A DNA stretch of 43,981 nt. It comes from a virus. Taxonomy: Duplodnaviria > Heunggongvirae > Uroviricota > Caudoviricetes. The DNA lies in IMG/VR virus record IMGVR_UViG_3300045988_012512, positions 1 to 43,981 of that record; one strand, 5' to 3'. Below the pieces are notes generated by a model. The model saw nothing but the letters and a program-made list of their open reading frames with translations. It was not told the DNA's origin and did not search any database. Below, piece by piece: positions 1-9,317 of this stretch. Positions within the stretch are counted from its first letter, which is position 1. Every line of letters begins with the position of its first letter. The position numbers and the translations under genes are program-made.

Positions 1-55
1 GAATAATGTTGTTGATGCGCGCACCATCTAGCGCTACCCGCGGCGGCTTGACTAC
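1..55. repeat. 55-bp terminal direct repeat, identical to 43927..43981 (genome junction / assembly overlap)
   Basis: Same 55-nt string at both ends of the window; minus-strand tailspike frame is continuous across the junction. Confidence 0.85.
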
Positions 56-1033
56 CATTGTGCCGACAAACGGCTTATATGACACAGTGGGTGTGGAGCT
101 ATAAGTGTAGTAGTTACGGTATCTCAGAGTGCCGTCGGGGTCGATTTCGTGAACCTCTGTTTTTGTTTTACTTTCGCCAGTGTCGCGTAGCATGACGACA
201 TCTGTAGAATCAAGAATAAGAGACCCCTGTAACCCAGTAACAGGGAAGCTCGTCTGCCCTTTCAGGTAACTTACTGCGGAAAACATCGAAGTTACGTCAG
301 TAGTAGATTGAGGTATATGAAAAAGAGTAGTGTCAAGGGACCACACATCGCCGGATTGATAAGTAGAACATGTGACAGTTGCCCCGCTCATATCCGCAGG
401 CACTTCTATAGATAACGGGTCGCTACTGCTTGCCGTCAAAACATAATCACCATTTGCCAAAAAAGATGAGCCGCGTGATTTAGCTTCCGCCAACGCAGCT
501 TTCCACGCAGCGGTGTGGTCTGTCTCCAGCCCTGTCATAAACATCTCTGGTGTCACGGGGGTAGCGGTCTTAATATGGTCAAGTTCTTCTGCAATTGTAA
601 GACCGGAAGAGTGTCCAACAAGAGCGCTGCCAGAGGTTGATGCTAATTCTTCACGTAAATCAGGGTCAGTCTGAGACTTCCAGTTAGCGTTACCAACGGG
701 GTTAAATGCCGCCGGAACCGTAACAGGCAGTGTGCCGGCATACGAGTACCATGTCTTACTTACAGGGTCGTAAACGACTTTGTCGCGGTCATTAACTGTT
801 AACGTACCGCCGGTGGAAAAGTCCCATGACACTGGAGAAAAACCAGCGTCACGCAACACGGCAGGAAGCGTCTTCTGAGTCTGCCCAGTAACTGCGTTGG
901 TCGCGTAATCAATATCCGCACCCGTAGCCACACCGCCCGCTTTACCCGTGATAACCTCGGCTTCGAAGATCTGGTGTTTCTTGGCGGTTTGTAAATCCGC
1001 CAGGCTTAAAACGTCACCGCATCCGCTTGACAT
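1..1033 (-). CDS. tailspike / depolymerase-like protein, N-terminal part (continues in frame at 43926..42506; about 817 aa in total)
   Basis: ATG at 1033..1031 with AAAGAGGA 8 nt upstream; translation MSSGCGDVLSLADLQTAKKHQIFEAEV...; no stop before position 1; absent from the ORF track only because it runs off the window edge. Confidence 0.6.
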   Translation of the reverse strand, partial: MSSGCGDVLSLADLQTAKKHQIFEAEVITGKAGGVATGADIDYATNAVTGQTQKTLPAVLRDAGFSPVSWDFSTGGTLTVNDRDKVVYDPVSKTWYSYAGTLPVTVPAAFNPVGNANWKSQTDPDLREELASTSGSALVGHSSGLTIAEELDHIKTATPVTPEMFMTGLETDHTAAWKAALAEAKSRGSSFLANGDYVLTASSSDPLSIEVPADMSGATVTCSTYQSGDVWSLDTTLFHIPQSTTDVTSMFSAVSYLKGQTSFPVTGLQGSLILDSTDVVMLRDTGESKTKTEVHEIDPDGTLRYRNYYTYSSTPTVSYKPFVGTMVVKPPRVALDGARINNII

Positions 1034-1045
1034 ATAGAGTCCTCT

Positions 1046-3601
1046 TTAATTAAAACCATTGCTGAATCCGTCGGAGAAACCGCTGCCGTATGGCGCGACG
1101 CCGTCGTATTTATAGAATCCGTCGTCATAGTTGTAGCCCGTAATCTTGACCGTGCGGTCGTCGCCGGGGTCGATTGAAGAAACAACTATCTTCTGAGCAT
1201 TATGCCTTGCTTCGTTGCCGAATGAAAACTCAGTTTTTAGTGCACTATTCCCCGTGTAGATTGCTTCCTCCGGCGCGGAGAGCATAATCACTTCGCGGTC
1301 ATGGCTTCCTTCGATAACGGATATACTCTGCACGGAGCCGTCTCGCTTCTTGAGGATGATGGAGTGGTCATCGCCGGGGGTAAACGTAACAGGTTGCGAT
1401 AGCGTCAGCGTAAGCCCATTAACGGCAACAATGTAGCCATCCTGCGGTGCAATACGGGAGCCTTTAACCACGCTGATTATGCCGCCGGGTGTGGCGAGAG
1501 CACCTTCTTCGGTAGCTTCGAACTCTACGACAACTTTACTTAACGCGTTGCGCTGGTAGCGACGCCACGCCAGCCAATATGCCTGCTGATAGTTACGTAC
1601 GCCCTTCGATTCATATTCCTCGGTGTTTGCTCCGAGTTCTTCCGGGATATAAATCGTTTCCTGTACGTTAGTATCCGGGTCGATGTATGAGAACGACAGG
1701 CTATCGTAGGTTGTAGAATCGTTGAACGTGCGGGTCCATTTCTCCGTACCGGTAGTTTTGCTGCGGTGGGTGAACACCATTTCAGGCCCCGCAACCGGAC
1801 GATCGAATCGCAGCATAATATCCGCACCTTTACGGTACGCAGTACAGAACACGGCTTCCGCTATGGTCTGAACAATGTCCTGCATGGTTGTGTCGTAATC
1901 GTCGAACGTGTAGCAGAACTGACCTGCTAATTCGCTACCGAAATATGACTCAATCTCTTCCTGCACGGCGAGTAACTTGTCCATGTTTGCGGTTGTCAGT
2001 TCCAGATTGCCAACCACCGGGTCGCGCGCCAGTCGGATTAGCGACTGCACAGCCTGGGTATTTGGCGTCATTACTGTATCGAATACGCCGTTGCCTAAGT
2101 ATTTGTAGCACATCTCGGTTGCAATCATGCGCAGTTCCGGGTTGTCGATACTGGCGGCCCGCGGCGTCTGTTTACGGGCGCAATGTACTGTTGTCCTGTT
2201 GCCGTAGTGCGGGGTTGTGTCCAGAGACTGCCCGTACAGGTTGATGAACGTTATCTCGTCGCTTACCGTTCCGTCGTAGTCCTTATCGAAATTCGTTATA
2301 CGGCGCATACGGGCGCGGAAACGCGATGCAGTAGGCAACTGCCCATAAATGGATGTACCGACGTAATCCGTGCTATTACCGGTAATTGTGGCCTGTACCG
2401 TGTAAATACCGCTCAACGGGTTACGCTGAGAGTCAATCATCTGGTACTGGAGTTCTACGGTTACGCTGGTGCGGTTATAGCCGCCATCGTATTTGTAGAG
2501 GCCGTTCTGCCCGGCAACGTTAGCAAGCACACGGTCAACTTCCCCGCGCACCATGTAATACCAGTCGGTCAGGGATACGTCATAGGTGTTGCTCGGGCCA
2601 ATAAACGTATCTGAACGCTCTGTTAGGGTGTACGTCTGCCCGCTGGTCAACGCCGCCCAGTTAGACGCTCCGTTTACCGCTAATCTAACTTCGAAGTCGT
2701 CGACATATAAAACTTCAAACGAGCCGTTCAGGTTAGTGACGTCCGCAACGTCAAAGTTGCTCAGCACCGCTACGTCGCCAACGCTAAGAAACTCAGAAAA
2801 AGCAGAGTCGCCTGACGGGTCATAAATGTAGCCGGTGTTTGAGATACGTTTGGCTGTGCCGTCGGCGCTTGGGTTAGCTCCGATGTCGTTTGGTGCTTTC
2901 AGTACGATACCGTCAACGTCGTCGTTGGAGTATGTCACATAGAGTTTCTGGTCAATGACGTCGCCGATTTGTAGCTGCGGCGATGCGGTGTTGTTCGGGG
3001 AAGTATACGGCGCATACACGGCTACAGAGGAGCCTGTGATGTCGCTTATCAGGGTGTCGCCTTCCGTTACGCCATCAGCCTCAATATGCAGATGCCCGCG
3101 CCCCGCGTCATAATACGAATACTCCAGCAAAGCACCCGTGGAGTTGAACGCTTTATACGTCTGCATCAGGTCGTTAGGGATTGTCTGCACAGTCCCGCAG
3201 ATGTCATAGGAGCGCTCGTAAGGACGAGGCTTGTTGGAGCGATCTGTTAGGCTGTTATTCGGTGACGTTGTCTGATTGTTAGTCGCCGTGTAGTTGGCGT
3301 TTGCGGACATGTTCAGACCAAACAACTTGGCAATTGGCTTAAGGATAAAACCAAACACCTTACTAACCGCACCGAGCGCCCCGCTACCCGCACCCTCAAT
3401 AATGTGGTACACGGCGTCTTCGTCTTTGAGCGCGTCGAAGTCGTCTGTCACATCAGTATCATCGCCAATCTCACCGAGGTAGACGCGCACAGGCACGCCG
3501 TCCGGGATACGGTTAACGACAAACTCCATCGGCATCCCGACGTGTTTTGTACGGTCGAAAGCGCCGTCGGCGTTTCGCGTGTAGTGCAGGATTATCGCCA
3601 A
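1046..3601 (-). CDS. tail tip / host specificity protein (lambda J-like)
   Basis: 851-aa ORF immediately downstream of the lambda-like tip genes; FRARMRRIT motif resembles lambda gpJ. Confidence 0.6.
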   Translation of the reverse strand: MAIILHYTRNADGAFDRTKHVGMPMEFVVNRIPDGVPVRVYLGEIGDDTDVTDDFDALKDEDAVYHIIEGAGSGALGAVSKVFGFILKPIAKLFGLNMSANANYTATNNQTTSPNNSLTDRSNKPRPYERSYDICGTVQTIPNDLMQTYKAFNSTGALLEYSYYDAGRGHLHIEADGVTEGDTLISDITGSSVAVYAPYTSPNNTASPQLQIGDVIDQKLYVTYSNDDVDGIVLKAPNDIGANPSADGTAKRISNTGYIYDPSGDSAFSEFLSVGDVAVLSNFDVADVTNLNGSFEVLYVDDFEVRLAVNGASNWAALTSGQTYTLTERSDTFIGPSNTYDVSLTDWYYMVRGEVDRVLANVAGQNGLYKYDGGYNRTSVTVELQYQMIDSQRNPLSGIYTVQATITGNSTDYVGTSIYGQLPTASRFRARMRRITNFDKDYDGTVSDEITFINLYGQSLDTTPHYGNRTTVHCARKQTPRAASIDNPELRMIATEMCYKYLGNGVFDTVMTPNTQAVQSLIRLARDPVVGNLELTTANMDKLLAVQEEIESYFGSELAGQFCYTFDDYDTTMQDIVQTIAEAVFCTAYRKGADIMLRFDRPVAGPEMVFTHRSKTTGTEKWTRTFNDSTTYDSLSFSYIDPDTNVQETIYIPEELGANTEEYESKGVRNYQQAYWLAWRRYQRNALSKVVVEFEATEEGALATPGGIISVVKGSRIAPQDGYIVAVNGLTLTLSQPVTFTPGDDHSIILKKRDGSVQSISVIEGSHDREVIMLSAPEEAIYTGNSALKTEFSFGNEARHNAQKIVVSSIDPGDDRTVKITGYNYDDGFYKYDGVAPYGSGFSDGFSNGFN

Positions 3602-3957
3602 AATTCAATCTCCGTGTACGTGTCTCTGAGGTCCGCCAGCCTGTCAAGCCGTACCTGACGTGACGCAAGCTCACAATGACTCACCATCCCGTCGAAGTAA
3701 ACTCCCGCATGCCACACGATACGACCACCACGGCGATACCCCATAAGAACCGCGCAGAAGTTTTCAGGCGTATCAATTTTCGTAAGCCCCTTCGTGTCGC
3801 GGTGGCCTTCGTCAAACGCTTCGTTAATTGCCGTAGGGCTTGTAACGTCAAACGCCGGGGTCTCTAACCCGGCATCGGCCCGTACAATGCGTACGTGATG
3901 CCAGCAATTGCGTTTGCGAAAGTCGTAAGGTATGCCCGTGTAGTCGTTAATATTCAT
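3592..3957 (-). CDS. tail tip assembly protein (lambda K-like, Cys/His fold)
   Basis: 121-aa ORF between L-like and J-like genes; CWHH and H-C residues suggest an NlpC/P60-type fold. Confidence 0.4.
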   Translation of the reverse strand: MNINDYTGIPYDFRKRNCWHHVRIVRADAGLETPAFDVTSPTAINEAFDEGHRDTKGLTKIDTPENFCAVLMGYRRGGRIVWHAGVYFDGMVSHCELASRQVRLDRLADLRDTYTEIEFWR

Positions 3958-4469
3958 GTGGTCAACAGGCCGCGTAATAACGGTATCTCTTTAGGTGTCA
4001 TCAGTATACCAGTGCTTCGTTGATTCAGCATAGGTGTACCGACATCTGCGGAGAACTCGCCCTTCTCCTGGTTGATGGCCTGCAACTCGTACACGACCGG
4101 GCCGTCAGCCGGGTAAGACAGGTCGGTGCTGACGTAACGGCGGAAGACGAATTTCGGCAACTCGGTATTGCTCATCGGAATTTTATCCATCTCATCATCC
4201 AGTTGATTGAGAATATCCGGTAAAGTAAACGTCGTCGTCTGGTCCATATCGCTATTATTAGCGGCCCCAGACGCTTCCATAGGGGTGGGTTCGAACGTGA
4301 TTATTTCGCCAGTCTCCAGTGTTGCCGTAAGTTCCTGTAACCCGCGCACAAGATAGTACGTCTTCGACAGCAACGGGTGGCTGATTTGCAACGTGATGTA
4401 ATCCATCTCGCCGTCTGGATTTGAGGCCAGCTTACGGCGATAGGCTGCTTCTACTGATTCCTGGCTCAT
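3954..4469 (-). CDS. minor tail protein (L-like)
   Basis: 171-aa ORF in conserved position between distal tail protein and K-like gene. Confidence 0.45.
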   Translation of the reverse strand: MSQESVEAAYRRKLASNPDGEMDYITLQISHPLLSKTYYLVRGLQELTATLETGEIITFEPTPMEASGAANNSDMDQTTTFTLPDILNQLDDEMDKIPMSNTELPKFVFRRYVSTDLSYPADGPVVYELQAINQEKGEFSADVGTPMLNQRSTGILMTPKEIPLLRGLLTT

Positions 4470-4472
4470 AAG

Positions 4473-5873
4473 TTAACCGTCCACATTAAAATCAATACGG
4501 GTGATATATTTACTACCCCACGCAGAATCGGCCTGAGGGATAGTCGCGTAATCATCTACAGCCTGAACGTTTACCACAGAGCCATCGGAATAGGTTATGT
4601 TGATGCTTGTCGCGCCATTCATGGTTACTTTCGCGGACGCTGTCGAGCGGGTGACAACAACGGCATCGGTTATTACCGGGGATGTTGTATTTTGGTTTAC
4701 CTCTACAGTAGCCGCGGATAATTTAACCCCTGAAACGCCATCCCCCGTAAATGACCCGGTAACTCCGTCTGAATATATCCATGCGTCCATCCGTATGCTC
4801 ATTGTTTTATCTTCTGTTGCGGTAATCGTCTCCGATATTCGGAACCACCCTCCGCCTACGTCGGTTACATCTGTACCGCCTGGGCCGGAATAAATGCTAC
4901 CATCCCGCAAATCAACAACTGCTGAGCCTAATACTGTAGGAAGTTCTCGCACGTACATCCGTATGAAATTGTATCCGTTTGCTTTTGCGAAGAAACTAAA
5001 AGTAACCATGTCGCCAACACCAACGCTAACATCTACAGTCTGGTTTATTAGGTGGTTACCGCTTGTGGCGGTAGCAGTTACGTCGTACGTGCCTGCGGCT
5101 GTTAAAACACCTGTTTCAGATACTGATACACTCACCAAACCTTTGTTCCAGTTTGACGAAGAGAAATTGCTTGAATATAGGAATCTGTTAGTTACTGATG
5201 CCTCCGGTGGCACACGCCCAACTGCCGAGCCATCGATAAACGTAAGTGGCCATTCACCGGCGGCGGACTGCACAAGATTGCCGTTTCGGTTGATGTAATA
5301 AACCTGCGGCCCGTCATACACAATGCGGCTATCAAGAGTCGACGCCAGAAGGTTAATCGGCGGGTATCCTGCAGGCCCTTCATTGCTCCAGATGCGCGGG
5401 AACGTCGTCTCGTAGTTCGCATATATTTTCAGGAAACTACCCAGACAGTCCCCGTAACAACCGTACAAATCCGGAAGATTGTTAATCAGGCACTGGTTCT
5501 CAAGGTCCTGGAACGGCGATTTCTCGGCGGTTGCCGTGAAAGTAATCGTCCAGTTAATGCCATCTTCGGTGGACTCAGCGATGGTGGACGTGATTGTTAC
5601 CTGGTAATCCTCAATACCCATGCCGAAGTCGTGCGCCATCCAGAAACTTGACGCACCGCCGTCTACTTTTTCTAGGAACGACAGAAATGCCTGCCGCCCC
5701 AGCGCCGATGTAATCAAGGTTACGCTCACCGGGAACACGTCGTAATATGTGTCGCGTCCCTGACGCACCCCGCCACCGGCTAAATCTACACTCCAGACGT
5801 TGTTGCGTCTGGTCATTGAGTAGCCTTTCGACACAATAGGCTTAAGGCTACGTGGGAAATATAAGTCGGTCAT
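4473..5873 (-). CDS. minor / distal tail protein with C-terminal Ig- or carbohydrate-binding-like extension
   Basis: 466-aa ORF directly downstream of tape measure; stop/start overlap at 5873. Confidence 0.45.
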   Translation of the reverse strand: MTDLYFPRSLKPIVSKGYSMTRRNNVWSVDLAGGGVRQGRDTYYDVFPVSVTLITSALGRQAFLSFLEKVDGGASSFWMAHDFGMGIEDYQVTITSTIAESTEDGINWTITFTATAEKSPFQDLENQCLINNLPDLYGCYGDCLGSFLKIYANYETTFPRIWSNEGPAGYPPINLLASTLDSRIVYDGPQVYYINRNGNLVQSAAGEWPLTFIDGSAVGRVPPEASVTNRFLYSSNFSSSNWNKGLVSVSVSETGVLTAAGTYDVTATATSGNHLINQTVDVSVGVGDMVTFSFFAKANGYNFIRMYVRELPTVLGSAVVDLRDGSIYSGPGGTDVTDVGGGWFRISETITATEDKTMSIRMDAWIYSDGVTGSFTGDGVSGVKLSAATVEVNQNTTSPVITDAVVVTRSTASAKVTMNGATSINITYSDGSVVNVQAVDDYATIPQADSAWGSKYITRIDFNVDG

Positions 5874-8161
5874 TATTTAAACCCCGGCGCGTTTCTTGTG
5901 GCCTTGCGGGCCTTGCTAATCTTACTGTTGCTGTTCTGCAAAGACGCGGCGACTTGCTCCTCTATGATGATACGCAGACGGCCTTCATCATCTTGTTCTG
6001 TGGATACGTTGCCGATTTGAGAACTTGTGTTGTTTACGATAGTAACATTAGACGGGCCGGAAGAAGACCCGTTTTGCCCCATAATTTCTTTCATCTGCTG
6101 CGCGGTGCGCACGCGTGATGCACCAGCTGGCATGATAACTTCTGGTTTACCACGTTCTGCGATGGTGGAAGCCTGCCCCGCAGATAACTGACCGCCCTGT
6201 TCACGCGCGGACCGGATAGCGGAAACCTGCGCCATACCTGCACCAACGGCAGCGGCAGCGGCTACAGGGGCCAGGAACGGGCCAACTACAGGTATAGCTG
6301 CCGTTGACTTGTACGCCTCAATAGCTGCGGTGTACGTGGCGATAGTGGCCTGTACGATAGCGAATGCCTTGTACGCGCCAGAAGCCTCACCCAACGCAGA
6401 CCCGATGTTTGAGGCCATGTTACCAAAGGCCGTTGCCGTTGCATCGGCACGTTTGGTTGCGTATTGCTCGTTGATGGCGTTAAGAGCGGCCTGATACTGC
6501 TTCTCGCTAATCAAACCCTGCTCGCGGTACTTATCCGCTACCGCCAGTTTCTGCTGTTCCTGGATGTCGAGAAGCTCAAGCTCAGTAGCGTTCTGACCCA
6601 TAATCTGAGCCATGAAGTCGTCACCTTTCTGCTGCTTTTCCTGGGCTTCTTTCTGGCGTTTATCCAGTTCATCTTGTCGTTTTTGCCCGGCTTCGAGGAC
6701 GATAGCTGTTTTAGCTTGTTCATATTCTTTCAGGGACAACGCGCCCTGGCTGTAGAACTCTTTTGCCTTAGCCAGTTTCTGCTGTTCCTGCGCGTCGATA
6801 GCCTTTAACTCGTCGTTGTTCTGACGGGCCAAAGTGTCGAGGTAATCTTGCGCCTGATTCCGCAATTGCTCTGCTTTCTTGGCGGCGGCTTTTGCTGCTT
6901 TATCGTCGGTTGTCCCCACCCCACCAGTTCCGCCCTTTTTATTAACAAGGCTGGCTAAGTCAATTTCTTGCTTCTTACGCTCGTCGTACTGCTTGCGCTG
7001 TTCCTCAATTTCTTTCTTACGCTGTTTCGAGCGGTCAGTTATTGCCTGTGATTCTGCCTCCGCGCGTTTTATGCTAGCGGCGTACGCGGCGTCGGCCTCT
7101 GCGGTCAGGTTTTTAAATGTTAGCGCCGCCGTTTTGCTCGGGTCAAACACGTCGGCAAGGGTCTGCCCTAACGCTACAGCGTAATCGTCGATGCGCTGGA
7201 ACCACGCAATAACCTCGTGAAATGTCTGCTGGATGTCCGGCAACCACTCACGGATAGCATCCGGTATAGTCCCCAGCGAGTCAGACATATCAACGGATTT
7301 GTCCTCGGTATCGAATGCCAGGTCATTCAAGGCGTCGGAAATAAACTTGAATGACTCATTGAACAGCGCCACCCAATCCTGGAGCGTGGCGGCTATCTCA
7401 TTAGACGCGATGGCGTCGGTAAGCGCCGTGATAGCGTCTTCCGCTGTGGCCGCTTGCTCACCTACGGCGTCGCCAAAACCAGACTGCGCCACCGCAAGAA
7501 CAAGACCGTCGAAGGAGTCGGCGAGGCTCGATAACTGGCCGTCTAGCGTCTTAGAGCGCGTCTCCATCGCCCCGGCAAAATCGGTGTTGCCGATATTCAG
7601 GAGGTATTTCTGAATCTCTTCGGAGTTCTTCTTAACCGTGGTCGTTACGCCGCGGAACGTGAACGAAACTGTATCTGCCTGTTGCGACGACTTGATGCCG
7701 AACTCTTTTAAGCGCTCAAATTCAAATGTACTGGCGTCGGCAACTGCCTCAATCATCTGATTAAGGTCTTTACCCATAGCCGCCGCGGTGTTGCCGTAGG
7801 AGATTAACGCCTCTTTGCTGGGGTTCAGACCGAGCGCAACGAGCTTGGTAAACCCCTCTACCGCCTGATTGAGACCATACGGGGTCTCTTTTGCGAACTG
7901 TTGCAGGACGCTGAAAGCCTTAGCCGCGTTCTCGGCGCTCCCGGTCATCGTGATGAGGCCGGAGTTCAGCTTATCGAAGTTTCGCTGGGAATCCACCAGC
8001 GCGCTGAACACCTGCTTAGCGGTTTCCAGACTGACAACGGCGGCGGCGGCGGCCCCCGCCGCCTTGGTAAGCCCGTTCAGTTGTGATGTGGTTTTATCGA
8101 CGCCGGTCGATGATACTCGTACTATCAAGCTAGCGGTATCAGCCATGATTTCTACCTTCAA
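5873..8161 (-). CDS. tail tape measure protein
   Basis: 762 aa, Ala/Gln-rich with long coiled-coil segments; located between chaperones and tip genes. Confidence 0.8.
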   Translation of the reverse strand: MKVEIMADTASLIVRVSSTGVDKTTSQLNGLTKAAGAAAAAVVSLETAKQVFSALVDSQRNFDKLNSGLITMTGSAENAAKAFSVLQQFAKETPYGLNQAVEGFTKLVALGLNPSKEALISYGNTAAAMGKDLNQMIEAVADASTFEFERLKEFGIKSSQQADTVSFTFRGVTTTVKKNSEEIQKYLLNIGNTDFAGAMETRSKTLDGQLSSLADSFDGLVLAVAQSGFGDAVGEQAATAEDAITALTDAIASNEIAATLQDWVALFNESFKFISDALNDLAFDTEDKSVDMSDSLGTIPDAIREWLPDIQQTFHEVIAWFQRIDDYAVALGQTLADVFDPSKTAALTFKNLTAEADAAYAASIKRAEAESQAITDRSKQRKKEIEEQRKQYDERKKQEIDLASLVNKKGGTGGVGTTDDKAAKAAAKKAEQLRNQAQDYLDTLARQNNDELKAIDAQEQQKLAKAKEFYSQGALSLKEYEQAKTAIVLEAGQKRQDELDKRQKEAQEKQQKGDDFMAQIMGQNATELELLDIQEQQKLAVADKYREQGLISEKQYQAALNAINEQYATKRADATATAFGNMASNIGSALGEASGAYKAFAIVQATIATYTAAIEAYKSTAAIPVVGPFLAPVAAAAAVGAGMAQVSAIRSAREQGGQLSAGQASTIAERGKPEVIMPAGASRVRTAQQMKEIMGQNGSSSGPSNVTIVNNTSSQIGNVSTEQDDEGRLRIIIEEQVAASLQNSNSKISKARKATRNAPGFK

Positions 8162-8471
8162 ATATTGCTTCTAAGCCCATGATAATGTCTATCTCGAACA
8201 GGCTAAGCTGTTTTTGCGTAACATCGAGATAGGCTTTCAGGTCTTGCCACGTAACAGATTCTCTTGCAAACAATACTACAGCGTCCTCGCGCACGTGTCG
8301 CGTAAACTTAATGTCGCAATACGTCTCAAAGGTGGATATAAAAAGGGGCGGGCATTCTGGCCCACCCCGTCGCGCTGCACGTTTTTTCTTATCGATTACA
8401 CCCATCGCGATAAGCGCCTGTTCGTGTCCGTCGGCGATAGAATCAAACTCTCTGATTTTATGCTTATCCAC
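8139..8471 (-). CDS. tail assembly chaperone extension (GT-like, possibly made by -1 frameshift from 8504..8920)
   Basis: ORF in the -1 frame relative to the upstream chaperone; frame is open back to about 8522 and overlaps the chaperone stop. Confidence 0.4.
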   Translation of the reverse strand: MDKHKIREFDSIADGHEQALIAMGVIDKKKRAARRGGPECPPLFISTFETYCDIKFTRHVREDAVVLFARESVTWQDLKAYLDVTQKQLSLFEIDIIMGLEAIFEGRNHG

Positions 8472-8503
8472 AAACTCGTAGGTGGCGAACCTGTACAGCG
8501 CGT

Positions 8504-8920
8504 CTACTTTTCCTGTAATGCTTTACGCTCGGCGTTATGGAACGCCGCCACCTGTGTACCTAATGCCTTGAATTGGTCGAGCAATTTGCTAAACGCTTCC
8601 TTAGAGAAAGGCTCGTCAAAGCTCCAGCCGTTTACTACTTCTGCCGCAAGTTGCCGGTTGAGGTCTTCTGCCAGTTCGTTAACCGCCATGTTATATTCAG
8701 TATAATCACCAGAGTCTTTGGCAGCTTTTTCCAGTTCTTCAAAACGTGCCAGCCCGCGGCGGTACGCAATAATGAAAGCACGCCCCGCTTTAACGGCGAC
8801 ATCCGCATCGGGACTTACAACGTTAAGCCATTCACCGGAGTCTTCGCCGTTTGGCAGCAGAATGGGCATCTTCTTGCCTACCAGTGCTTTCTCTTCGAAA
8901 TAAAAATCAGAAAGTTTCAT
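8504..8920 (-). CDS. tail assembly chaperone (G-like)
   Basis: 138-aa acidic ORF just upstream of tape measure; AAGGA RBS. Confidence 0.5.
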   Translation of the reverse strand: MKLSDFYFEEKALVGKKMPILLPNGEDSGEWLNVVSPDADVAVKAGRAFIIAYRRGLARFEELEKAAKDSGDYTEYNMAVNELAEDLNRQLAAEVVNGWSFDEPFSKEAFSKLLDQFKALGTQVAAFHNAERKALQEK

Positions 8921-9028
8921 TCTTTAATCCTTTGGTTAAGAGGTTACAGGTTAACGATAAATGCGCCAGACGGGAACCACCCGCTTTTCGTGTGCGACAC
9001 TAGGCGCAAACTTATTCTATCACATTAC

Positions 9029-9057
9029 TTGCACACCCCAATATAATAGGGTACTAT
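9029..9057 (+). promoter_or_regulatory. sigma70-type promoter (TTGCAC-17-TACTAT) for the plus-strand island
   Basis: Canonical spacing; same promoter architecture recurs at 18527, 29673 and 30772. Confidence 0.55.
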
Positions 9058-9087
9058 TCACTTACACCAACAATGAAGGGGTTTAAA

Positions 9088-9279
9088 ATGTCCAGTTTAC
9101 CAGTTTCCTTAATTCTGTTTGCACTGCTCGCTTATTTCGCGCCTTTCCTGGTTGCGTACTTCCGTAACCATAAAGCGAAGTTAGCGATATTCATGGCTAA
9201 TCTGTTTCTTGGTTGGGTTCTGCTGCCGTGGGTATTTATCTTAATCTGGGCGTGCAACTCGAATGTCAAAGAGAAGTGA
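9088..9279 (+). CDS. superinfection-immunity-like small membrane protein
   Basis: Two hydrophobic helices with AYFRNH...ANLFLGWVLLPWVFILIWA, resembling the Imm superinfection-immunity family; AAGGGG RBS before the ATG at 9088 (ORF track starts at 9073). Confidence 0.55.
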   Translation: MSSLPVSLILFALLAYFAPFLVAYFRNHKAKLAIFMANLFLGWVLLPWVFILIWACNSNVKEK

Positions 9280-9317
9280 GCTAGTATAGGACAAATCCTA
9301 AACACGAGGAAGTAAGC

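Noticed and set aside
1888-2825. Plus-strand ORFs (118, 143 and 79 aa) inside the J-like tail gene
   Set aside because: Antisense to a well-supported 851-aa structural gene; no RBS or recognisable domains.
6309-8174. Several plus-strand ORFs of 61-126 aa over the tape measure gene
   Set aside because: Antisense to the tape measure gene; Ala/Ser/Leu-rich low-complexity translations typical of the reverse strand of an Ala/Gln-rich gene.
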